A stretch of 63,302 bases of DNA, filler included, from Trichomonas gallinae (lineage: Eukaryota): NCBI GenBank assembly GCA_008369845.1. It is 4 parts of 4 records of this genome, joined end to end, with 100 filler letters (N's around TTAATTAATTAA, not from the genome) between each part and the next. Parts side by side here need not be neighbours in the genome. Positions count along the whole stretch, not along the records: positions 43,673 to 56,937 come from MRSU01001654.1; positions 57,038 to 63,302 come from MRSU01001661.1; 2 more parts are not named here. The stretch is one strand, 5' to 3'. Position 1 is the stretch's first letter. Each line of letters begins with the position of its first letter. Of the stretch, positions 53,124 to 63,302 are shown in pieces. Position numbers and translations under genes: made by a program. The notes beneath the pieces were generated by a model. That model searched no databases. It was not told the DNA's origin and saw only the letters and a list, made by a program, of their open reading frames with translations.

Positions 53124-54346
53124 ATCATATTACCAGAACAATGATGAAAAATTATCCTATTTAATAAAGATTTGTATATTATTCATGGCATTGGTTGAAT
53201 TGTTAAGTCATATTTTTCAATCATTCAGCAATAAAATCTAAATTGAATCTCTTCAAATTCATAGTAAATATCGATATATTATAAAATATCCATGTTCTAT
53301 TATGGTGTTCATCATATGCTTGCAGTCATACAATTACCTATTTTTCTGAATTTTGTATTTCTTTATGTTATAAGCATGATTTGAATAAACTATCATTCAT
53401 AGTAGGTACATATGAGGTTTAATACTAGTAATTGTATTCATGTTTGCAAAAAAATATGAAATTAAACATTTTTTCGGACAATAGTAATATAAAATGCATT
53501 CAATAATTCATTAAGATGCTATACTCAAAAGATCAAAGAGAAAAAATAACCATAAGTTTGGATCAAAAAAATGACAGTTTTTTGAAGATCTCCCACTTTT
53601 TTTATTCACCTTACTGCAGATTACTACTGTCTCACATACACATTGAGGGGAAAATCGAGTGATATCATCCAAAACCCTGTGAATTCTTTGAAAACAATCC
53701 AATTTTGATAAAAATGTTTTCGTTCAGTGAGATAAGCTTAATAACTCAATTACATAAATTTTTTTGCTTAAAACATAACCACAACAAATTTTGAATGCAA
53801 AATCAAAAAAATCTGAAAAATGGAAATTATTAATATATAGTATATATTGATTCCAAAAGCGAGGAAATATGTGAAATTTTTGAATAAATGATCTAAAAAT
53901 GGAAAATTTTCATGAAATATAAAAATATAATATATAATGGTTCCAAAAATGAAGAAATTTTTGAATGTATAATCTAAAAATTAAAAAACTTGAATTTTTG
54001 TTGAAATATTGATATATACCATGTATTAATATCAAAAATGAATCAATAAGAGAAATTCAATGAGTTTAACAATCTTCAAAAGTGAAAAAAATTAAATTTG
54101 ATATTTTTGTGTGTTTAACAATATGCTTCATTTTTATTGAAGGCTTTTTTATTTTAATTTTTGTGAAAGATCACAATCATAAAATAAATATTATTATATA
54201 GTACTTGAAAAATAATATAAAACAATTTGAAGTAAAATTTCCGATCATGTAAAAAAATTTAAAATAATGATGTATACATGTTTTTAAGTATACGATGAAG
54301 TGAGAAGTTGGATTACGCAAAACTGCGTCATCGGTTTTTTCATTTG

Positions 54347-55180
54347 ATGAATTTTATTGATTATTTGCGTTCTGAGACAACCCTTGGATGGGATGATCTC
54401 AAGTATGCACCGTTCGCGATTCTTGGCTATGCAATCTATAGGTTGGTCTTGAGTAATTTCTTCTTGAAGCCATTGAGTCTTCTTCTCGCTGAGAAGTTAA
54501 GATACAAATTCATCCATCGTGGTTTCGACATGATACATTACATCATGTCAACAATTTTGGGCACACTTGCTTTCTCAACTCGTCCATATTTTCACTGCCC
54601 ATTTTATTTCCTCGATTGCGCTAAATATATCCCATGCACAGGCCCAACAGTCGTATGTTCGGTCCTTGAAAAGATATATTTCTTCTTCTTCGCTTCTTAT
54701 TACCTCTCTGATGTATTTTGGATCGGAACAACTAAAGATATTCCAATGCTCATCGCTCACCACACAGTAACTATCACAATGATCACTGCTTGCGCACTCG
54801 TCGCCCGTCCTGTCGTTGGATTCTCAATCATGGTTCTTCATGATTGGTCAGACATCTTCCTTTACTCCGGAAAGATCACCAACTACCTCGGTTGGAAGAA
54901 ATTCTCCGATCTGTTGATGGTTTGCTTCGCTGTTTCTTTCTTGTATTTAAGATTATTCGGCTGTTTGACGATTCTCATCACAATATTCACCAAAGAACTT
55001 GACCAGCCACACCACGCCAAGCTTTATTTCATCTCCCGCTGCGCTTTCGGTGGCCTTTATATCTGCCACTGCATCTGGGGATACCAGATCCTTCGTGCGC
55101 TCAAGAGAATCTTCTTCAACTCAGAACAGATCAGAGACACACGCTCCGATAAGGCAGATTCCAAGGAAAAGAAAGAATAA
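54347..55180 (+). CDS. Ceramide synthase / longevity-assurance (LAG1, TLC domain)
   Basis: KD..MLIAHHTVT, MVLHDWSDIFL Lag1 motif, DTRSD; KxKxx-like ER tail; ATG at 54347. Confidence 0.93.
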   Translation: MNFIDYLRSETTLGWDDLKYAPFAILGYAIYRLVLSNFFLKPLSLLLAEKLRYKFIHRGFDMIHYIMSTILGTLAFSTRPYFHCPFYFLDCAKYIPCTGPTVVCSVLEKIYFFFFASYYLSDVFWIGTTKDIPMLIAHHTVTITMITACALVARPVVGFSIMVLHDWSDIFLYSGKITNYLGWKKFSDLLMVCFAVSFLYLRLFGCLTILITIFTKELDQPHHAKLYFISRCAFGGLYICHCIWGYQILRALKRIFFNSEQIRDTRSDKADSKEKKE

Positions 55181-55425
55181 TTTATATTTTTTGTAAAGAA
55201 AGTCAGAATAAACTGTATAAAAAGAAAATCTGAGAATTCTATTGTTATACTTTATAAATTTACTAGCTCCTGTCGCTGCTTTTTAGTCAATTGTTTAAAT
55301 TCTCCACTAAAATCATAAAAATTGAACAAACACAGCAGTAATTATAATAAGCAAGAGTATGCTAAACAAACAATGAATAAAAATTGAAGTTTATCGCAAA
55401 ATATATTAAATTTTCCAATTCTGTG

Positions 55426-56448
55426 ATGTTCATGGTACTCGGCCCGATACACAGTGCTGAATTCATCCCAGATATGATAAAGAACAACACGCTCATCGAA
55501 GATCTCGATCATGACCAGTTATCTGATTGTTTGAAGTATAACACATTGAAAGTCGACGAATCACTCTACATTCTCGATCAAGTTAAGTCTAAATACACCA
55601 TTTTAGACAGAATCAAGACCATAGGCCATATTATTACTGACTTTGGTGAAGACAATGAATTTGATTCTAAAAAGATTGTTGAATTTATCAAAACATTCCA
55701 GTCAACATTGAATCCATATTTTCGAAAAATGACCAACTTTCAAGCGAAATAAAACAAATCTTTACACAAGCAGAAAATGTCAACAAAAATATCAAAGAGT
55801 TGAAGAATATTGCGAAAACAGAAGAGAATTTTGGTAAAATCTACGAAATTTGTGAAAGAATTGCAGCAGAAAAAGACCATTTTGCCATGCCATTTGCCGT
55901 CTGGGAGAATTTTGTTTGCGTGGCAGAAAAAAGCAAAAATAATAACATCTTGACTAAAACAGCTATTGAAAACAAACAAGACTTGGGTCGTCTTTTGATT
56001 GAATCTGGCATTGACATTCGCTCAACAGATAAATCCAACAATACAGCTTTGAGTTGTGCTTCAAGATTTGGTCGTCAAATCTTTGGTCATCAAATCTTGA
56101 TGAAATCATCAAACTCCTTCTTACAGCTCCTGGAATGGATGTTAATGCAAAAGACAAAGACGATCGCACATCTTTGATATGGGCATCAAGAAAAGGTCAT
56201 CATGAAGTTGTCAAACTCCTGCATGCAGCTCTTGAAATAGATGTCAATGCAAAAGACATACTCAACAAAACAGCATTAATTTCTGCTTCAAGATATGGTA
56301 AAGATGTAGTTGTCAAACCCCTTCTAACAGTTCCTGGAATATAGATGTCAACGCAACAGACAATGAAAACAAAATAGCTTTGACTTGGGATTCAGAAGAA
56401 GGTCATCATGATATAGCAAAAACGTTGAAAGAACATGGTGCTGTGTAA
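55426..56448 (+). pseudogene. Ankyrin-repeat pseudogene
   Basis: Consecutive ORF pieces (55384, 55800, 56054) in shifting frames; 15-nt duplication tttggtcgtcaaatc/tttggtcatcaaatc; ends KEHGAV*. Confidence 0.88.
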
Positions 56449-56937
56449 TTCCGAATTATAACATTGAAAGCATTGTATGATTCCCTTTAGATCTAGAAAA
56501 AGTTTTTTTTTATTTCAAATATTTCACTAATAAAGCATTATTTATATCTATATTGTTATATACCAGACTAATACACAGCAATGTTAAAGTGAAACTCAAT
56601 GCAAAGTGTATCATCAATGAAAAAAAAAGTCTAATCGAATCAAAAATTCAAAATTTATATGATAATATACGATATTATGAATATGTATGGATTAATGCTA
56701 TATATATGGCATTTTCATTCGTAAATATTTCATACACAAAAATTCGAATCAGATATCTAGATCAACTTAATTGTTTTCTTGTGGTTCTTATAATATATGT
56801 TTTAAATAGCCTATTGATGTTATTATGTAATATAGAGGAAGGAAGAAAATTTTAGAAAGAAGTGATTCAACTCGATTTTTTGCGAATTTCAAACTAATTT
56901 TGTGATAATTAGAATTGTTGATATGTGTGATTTATGA

Positions 56938-57037
56938 NNNNNNNNNNNNNNNNNNNNNNNNNNNNNNNNNNNNNNNNNNNNTTAATTAATTAANNNNNNN
57001 NNNNNNNNNNNNNNNNNNNNNNNNNNNNNNNNNNNNN
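56938..57037. other. Assembly gap with artificial linker
   Basis: N run containing TTAATTAATTAA. Confidence 0.98.
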
Positions 57038-57181
57038 TGAAAGAGTTTAAACTTTCTTCAGGCGCAATGTCTGATGCTGGTAACATCTTCTTATATTTCT
57101 TGAAACTCTTTATCTCACAAATTTAGTTTTTTATCTCACAATCCAGCATGAAAATCTTAGCAAAAGTGACAGAAATGGATG

Positions 57182-58294
57182 CACCCCCTCTCTAAAGTGT
57201 CACTTTTTGAGGACTTTACGTGTCAAATCTGACATGTAAACATATCACTTTTCACTCCGCATTTCGGTACAGGATAAAAACCAGATGCCTTTTCCGCTAT
57301 CCATCTTTTTTACCACGATATGTTAGAGTTTGATCGGAAATTTGTAATTTTTGTATATCAAGAAAAGATGAATATAATTTCTCTTTATCGGCGATATAAT
57401 TGTTGAAATCAAACCGTGGGTGCAGTGACTTAACAATATTTGGAAGAATTTTTTTACCATTTATATTCATAACCGAAATTACGTGTAAAACATGACAGCA
57501 TGGGAGTGTTGGTCGAACCGATTGATTACATGTGCAGTAATACTGTGAGTCATTTTTAATTATGACAGTAAAACATATGATTTTTCTCTGACTATAAAAT
57601 AATTGTCTTGTTTAATTTGGATCGATTCAATATTGGGCATGACTTTGTAACTAGCATTGAATTTATAAATGATTGAAATCGAGGTAATATTTCCATTCAA
57701 AGTTTCGAAATTGAGAGAAAATCTTCTTAGATAAGTCTTGTGAATAATGAAGGAGTGTCTTAATTTTCCCATTGTTTCAACTCTGCATTAAAGTTTTCAA
57801 TAATTGATGATATAATTTATTAATTTTATCGGCTCATTCTTTGGGATGTGATGAATTGAAGCAATCAAAAACAAAATGAGAAACTTTTGAAAAATTAGAT
57901 TTCATCACAAAATGGAATAAACATTTTTTTGTGTATATTTGTTAAATTTAATGCATAAATTGCACTAACGATTGAAGATTCTTCCTCTCTAATTATACAT
58001 TTGATTTTACTTTAGTCAATTTTATCGAAAAGTGACACTTTGTAGTCTTCTGATTCTTCGGTTGTTTAAATTATTTGTATTCAAAATAATTAATTTTCCG
58101 TATACATCATGACACTCTGCTGAAGACAAGTGGCATTCGCTCTTACCTGTTTCTAAAAAAGATGGAATCTTAATTAAATGTCATTATTTTAAATTCAGAC
58201 CCCACCCCTGTTTTAGTTCTGTCATTTTTGGATACTTTACATGTCAAATCTGATATGTAAATACGTCACTTTTCGTTCCGCATTTCGGCACAGG
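57182..58294. repeat. Pair of ~90-bp direct repeats (57182-57273 and 58203-58294), possible transposon termini
   Basis: CACCCC..TGTCAYTTTT..ACTTTACRTGTCAAATCTGAYATGTAAA..TCACTTTTC..TCCGCATTTCGGYACAGG in both copies. Confidence 0.8.
57470..57850 (-). mobile_element. MULE transposase C-terminal remnant (catalytic E motif + SWIM finger)
   Basis: Minus strand gives SSIIENFNAELK (E motif) and YYCTCNQSVRPTLPCCHVLHV (SWIM CxC..CxH), with stops between them. Confidence 0.75.
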
Positions 58295-58589
58295 GCAATT
58301 TCATATCAATATAATAATTTAATGATATATAAGATCATAAGTATCAAAATCAAAATCTAAAAAAATACACGAAATTTTTTGGAAAAAATTCAACATTTCT
58401 AAAATCTCCAACAAAAAATATAAAAATTAAATTTCATGTGCATATAATAATTTAATGATATATAAGATCATAAGTATCAAAATTAAAAAAAACACCAAAA
58501 TTTTCGTGAAAATCTCCACCATAAATTTAAAATATGGTAAATCTCCAAAATTTTTCCACATAATAGCCCAAAAGATACTACTATTTATC

Positions 58590-59385
58590 ATTAGGAACCC
58601 TGCAGAAATGGTGGTAAATTGATGGTTTTTGGGGATTTACTCGAGTAAATTCAACTAGGAACCCTGAAGAAAATGGAGTAAATTCAACTAGGAACCATGA
58701 AGAAATAGGGTTAAATTAGGTGTCAAGATGAGAATTTGAGGCAGTAAATTAATGAAAATTGATGTTTTTTCGTTAAAATTTCGTGGTTCCTAGGTTCCTG
58801 GTTCCTAGTTGGTTTCAAAACCATTTATAAAAGATGTATATTTTCAGAAAAAGCTAAACCAAAAAATATTTTCACTCTAAATCAACCAGGGAGGAACCAG
58901 GAACCTTAATGAAAAAGGTCGATTTTTGATAGTTTGAGGCAGCAAATAAGCATTTTTCGGGTGTTTTCACAAAAATTGACAAAAAATCAACTAGGAACCC
59001 TGAAGAAAATGGTTAAAATTGATGAAAATCGTTGATTTTTGGTTGATTTTAATATAGAGATATGGAGAAATGGGGTAAAATTGATGATTTAAGTGAATTT
59101 TTGGTTGATTTTAATGTAGAGTTGTAGTTTTGAGGGAGTAAATGCTTAAATTTTGATGAAAATTGATGAAAATCGTTGATGTTTTGCGTTGATTTCGATG
59201 TCGGTACACGTTTTAAATTGATTTCGGGATTGATGAGAAAAATAAATGATAACGTTGATTTGAAACAAGAGGAAATGTGGAGAAACGAGAGATAAATGCA
59301 TCTATGGACATGTTTTAAATTAATGATAAAAATAAATGATGGGGATTGATTTGAAAATAAATGATGGGGATTGATGATAAAAATA
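58590..59385. repeat. Complex subterminal-type repeat block
   Basis: Several CTAGGAACCCTGAAGAAAATGG copies, inverted GGTTCCTAG copies, GATGAAAATCGTTGAT and AAAATAAATGATGGGGATTGAT repeats. Confidence 0.75.
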
Positions 59386-59386
59386 A

Positions 59387-60044
59387 ATGGGCAAACATTT
59401 TGAAATAGCTATTATTCTTTTCAAGCTGTATTCAAAATTGAATGAAACATCGAAAAGTGTCACAGATATTTCATTATTGATGGCTAATAACTTTCCAGAA
59501 CCAATAGTTGTAGATGGTTCAATAAATTACAATGTAAAGAGATATCTGGTACAAAATGGCAACACACAGCAAAAGGAATTGATATCAATACGTGCTGTTA
59601 AAAATCAAAAATTACGAAAAGCAATCGCGTCCTACGAATATTCAAAAATTATTACGTTAATACGGGAAGAACACTTCAATAGTTTTTACTCCCAAAAAAT
59701 AATATTTCCTTCATTAACCCAAGTATTTTTATATTTAAATCAAAATTCTAACTTTAGCTTAAAAAGTGACATAACCAAATGGAGTTTGAAGTTATTTTGG
59801 CGTATTATACATTATTGGAACTCCAAATATAAACGACAGAATTATTCCTTTAGCATTTGGTTGGAGTACCGAAGAAGACGAAAAAGTTTATTCGTTTATG
59901 CTTAAATCATTGACCAAATCAGATCCTAGCAGAGTCCAATCTATTTTTTCTGACGAAGGATCCTCAATTTTGGTGGCTGTAAGAAATTGCGAATTTGTTA
60001 AGGTTTTTAAGCCATGCTTGTTTCATCTCTCAATTCAGCCTTAA
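59387..60044 (+). mobile_element. MULE (Mutator) DDE transposase remnant
   Basis: ..LKSDITK, then in a shifted frame YFGVLYIIGTPNINDRIIPLAFGWSTEEDEKVYSFML...IFSDEGSSILVAV...KPCLFHL, the MULE transposase pattern (D, D, CxxH). Confidence 0.85.
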
Positions 60045-60059
60045 AACAATTTTTATAAT

Positions 60060-61292
60060 AACATATAGTGCCTATATATGAAAGTTCATTTAACCTTATT
60101 TTAGTTTCAATCAATTTCTTCAGAAATGCTTGTCAAATAGGAATCAAAAATACCATTTTTTCTAATGCTTCATCATCTTCCAAAATAGTGTTATATAGCT
60201 CAGTATCAAAAAATTCTTGAAATAAGACTAAATCATAGTCGTGCAAAAAACCTAAAAAATTATCTAACATTTGATTGAAATGCGCATCATGAATATCATA
60301 TCCATTAATCAAATCAAAAAAAAATAACGTAAATCCACAATAGGCGAAGTTATAATAACAGGTAATATTTGAAATAAATAATTATTTGCAATTGATTTCC
60401 ACTCGTGTTTTCCATTTGAATAAGTCTGAGTAATTAATTTATATAAATTGTAATAATCTGGTTCAATTGTTGATAAGGATAACTCAAAATAGAGTTTTGA
60501 TAAAGATGGATCTTGAATCACATCTTGTAAAAATCGATTTATGATATTTAAAAGGTGTTCAATATCAAAATCTATTTCAATTCTAAGTAGATTGAGGAAC
60601 AACTTAGAACAGTAGTTTATTTTTTTATTTTTTTTGGTAATAATGAATTATATAAATTGGCATCTCCATAATATCTCCCCTCTGTTTTATCTATTAATAG
60701 CATTAAAGTATTAACAATAATTAAATATGAATTATCAGAACAATAATTCATGAAATTGTTAAGCATTTCAAAATAATAATCAATTGATACTGGCTCCCAT
60801 GCATTATAAACAAAAACATTAAACAATAAGAGCTGGTGCTCAATAAAATTAGATGTAACGTCAACTAATGATGAGCATAAATCTAAGTCAAGGATGCTCA
60901 TAATTTTAGAATAATTGACGTCAGTTTCATAGTTAATTAAAACTTGAAATATGAACTCTCCACTATGATTTAGTAAAATTATTTCTATAATGCAATTATA
61001 ATCGATATATAACCTAACTTCATGGAACTTTGTTATTTTTGAAAGGATATACCAATTTAAATATTCATCTCCCTCATCATCCAATAACATATTGATAATT
61101 AAGTCCCCAAAATAACAAAAAGACTCTTGGTAATGAAAATTCTCATTGTCAATAAAATTTAATAAAACTTCTTTAATTTTGGGATCTTCGGTTTCAAAAT
61201 AGTGATTTACCATGTCGCGTAATAGAATCATTTAAAATGAGTTCATCAATAGATATTTCAATTCTTTGTGGCTGTTCATCTTTATAGTCCAT
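60060..61292 (-). pseudogene. Frameshifted helical-repeat hypothetical gene (MDYK... type)
   Basis: ATG at 61292 (MDYKDEQPQ) downstream of AAAGTGAC; consecutive ORF pieces in different frames, two breaks at A/T homopolymers (~60620, ~60320). Confidence 0.65.
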
Positions 61293-62058
61293 TTATGAGC
61301 AAAATGTCACTTTTCAGCTGTATATCTAATTAAAAATAACTTTATTATCTAATATTTACTTGATATTTCAGAGCATATCTATTTTACTATTCTAAAAGCA
61401 TTTAGTTCAAAATTAATAGGAAATAATGCTAGAGTCAAATTACCTAAGTTATAATTTTTTGATTTAACTAAAATGTCATGATAAAAAGCGTGTAGCTTGG
61501 TTAATGCAAAGCAGACCCATAACATTAAAGATGTCAGCATTCCATTCTGGACCCCTTTTAAGGTTAATTGTGGTTTCATTAACAAAAGGTCAATAAATCT
61601 TGTTATTAATCATATCATCAAAACTGCAAGCTATAATAGTAGCATTTTGTATGAAGAAAGAACCTAATTATGCAAATTAATGAAATGGAGATTTAATATT
61701 TTTGTTGGAAATAAAGTATTTTTCGATATGAACATGGAAATGTTATGCGCAATCATCTATATTTTATAAATACAATGTGTATGATATGATATCTTTTACT
61801 TTATGTTAATTCGATATTGAGATCTCGACAATAAATCGATTTTGATACTCTATAGATATATTACGAATAGCTACACAAGATTTATATTGATATTATATGT
61901 GTGTAGTCGATATTGCTATTGAATTGAATGATGAAATATTCAAACAAAAATAAAAATGCATGTTTCAGAGTGTTAACTTGGAAAGTCTATATATTGCCCT
62001 CATCTATAATTGATTTATGAAGTTTGTTTTGTATAATATGGTATATTCAATAAATTAT

Positions 62059-62143
62059 TGATATGAATCACAGGCTCTTGATATTTTATGATATGCCACC
62101 ATGCAGCATATCATGAAATATCAAGAGCCTGTGATTCATATCA
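62059..62143. repeat. Near-perfect 38-bp inverted repeat with 9-nt loop
   Basis: TGATATGAATCACAGGCTCTTGATATTTTATGATATGC / GCATATCATGAAATATCAAGAGCCTGTGATTCATATCA; one T-G mismatch. Confidence 0.95.
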
Positions 62144-62424
62144 CTTCTAGTCGTGAGTTGAGAAAATTATTATTTTATAATTCTTCAAATCTTTCTTATA
62201 TTTATGTATTTGTATATGTATAGAAAGATAATGCAATATTTTATATGTAATAACAATTTTGCAACATATATTAAATCGAATTATTTAATTTGTAGAGGAA
62301 ATAACGTTTTACTCATATACACTATCATTCTATACGAATAGAATGATAGTGTATATGAGTAAAACGTTATTTCTTGCTTTTTTAACGAAAATTAGAGATT
62401 TGAGGTATAAACTACCGGCAAGAG

Positions 62425-62487
62425 CAGTAAACAACATTGGATACTGATATATATGCTGAATATACCAGTATCCAATGTTGTTTACTG
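62425..62487. repeat. Perfect 22-bp inverted repeat
   Basis: CAGTAAACAACATTGGATACTG ... CAGTATCCAATGTTGTTTACTG. Confidence 0.95.
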
Positions 62488-63302
62488 GCCGTTTTAAGCG
62501 TAGATCCGGCTGGTACTGCCTTAAATAAGGAGTTTTTGGCACAAAATGAAACTTGATTATATAATTTTGTATTATTGTCAAGATCGTAAGCTCCTTCTTG
62601 CTGTTTCTATTCGATGCCTTCGTTTTCCAGTCGAGAAAAACGATTGTATCGAATGGAAACAGCAAGAAGAGGGGCAACAAAAATTATGACAAATTGTCGT
62701 GTAAAATAATGTAAATGGACTGCGCTCAGCTTGAACCAACTTCTGATGCAATCTCTAAAAAAGAGTTCTGCCACTGAACTATCCAGGGTTTGAATTTCAC
62801 AAACCATTACTACGTATTTAATGAATTCCCAAATGTTTGACCACTTCACATCTTGTCCTGCCACTTTGAGTCCAAAGAAATTGAATACGTAACGAAATCA
62901 GAACCGAAAAGCCTTGTTTCTTGATCTAACAATCAATTAACCATGTGATTGTTACAATTAACGATGTTAAAAGGCTCACTTTTTGCGTAAAAAACTACGC
63001 AAAAAAATCCTCGCACGCCGCTATCGCGTCGTGCTCGGTCTTGGGGGGGGGCGAAGCCCATCCCAAACCCTCCCCAATGAGCCAAGCATTTATTTTATTA
63101 AAATGAAAAAGAAAAATGAATAAGATATAGAGGGGCGCGCGTGCGCATGAAGTAGGGGGAGAGCTTTGCTGTATCACGCGCGAAGAAAGGAGTGACTTCG
63201 ATCAGAGTGGACATAGGCTATAAAAGGCAGTAAAAGCTGAGGTCGCCCAGAATGCAGGGCCTAGGGAGCTCTGAAATAGGGGAAGACGCCATGATTACTG
63301 CT

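Noticed and set aside
56553..56855. Short AT-rich ORFs (also 1284, 12553, 35991, 50903)
   Set aside because: Ile/Asn/Tyr/Phe-rich composition typical of chance ORFs in AT-rich intergenic DNA.
62330..62864. 116-aa and 85-aa minus-strand ORFs
   Set aside because: No ATG start and no recognisable motifs; probably decayed element sequence.
1..63302. tRNA, rRNA or snRNA genes
   Set aside because: None recognised by eye; tRNAscan-SE and Infernal would be needed to exclude them.

Overview
AT-rich eukaryotic scaffold from a Trichomonas-type parabasalid. Supporting signs are a BspA-type LRR surface protein, IBD and DUF3447/ankyrin families, Inr/M2/M3/M5-like core-promoter motifs, and an intron ending in ACTAACACACAG. 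Three 100-nt assembly gaps carry an artificial TTAATTAATTAA linker, so adjacency across them is unproven. About 30 mostly intronless genes are present, including Vps33, RPL38, RPB2, ER Hsp70, an ABCB half-transporter, a Rab, NAK and CAMK kinases, Nse1 and a ceramide synthase. There are also several ankyrin pseudogenes and decayed MULE transposase remnants near the right end. Most notable: (1) a DUF3447-ankyrin gene whose intact ankyrin repeats are separated by frame-breaking U-rich spacers at the same repeat position, which GT-AG splicing does not resolve; (2) a HAP40/F8A-like gene; (3) a 26-nt intron the ORF track misses; (4) a pervasive TGWCAYGTAAA upstream motif, often in roughly 20-bp-spaced arrays and also inside a MULE-associated repeat; (5) several long near-perfect hairpins. 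All family assignments come from motif recognition by eye; no searches were run.
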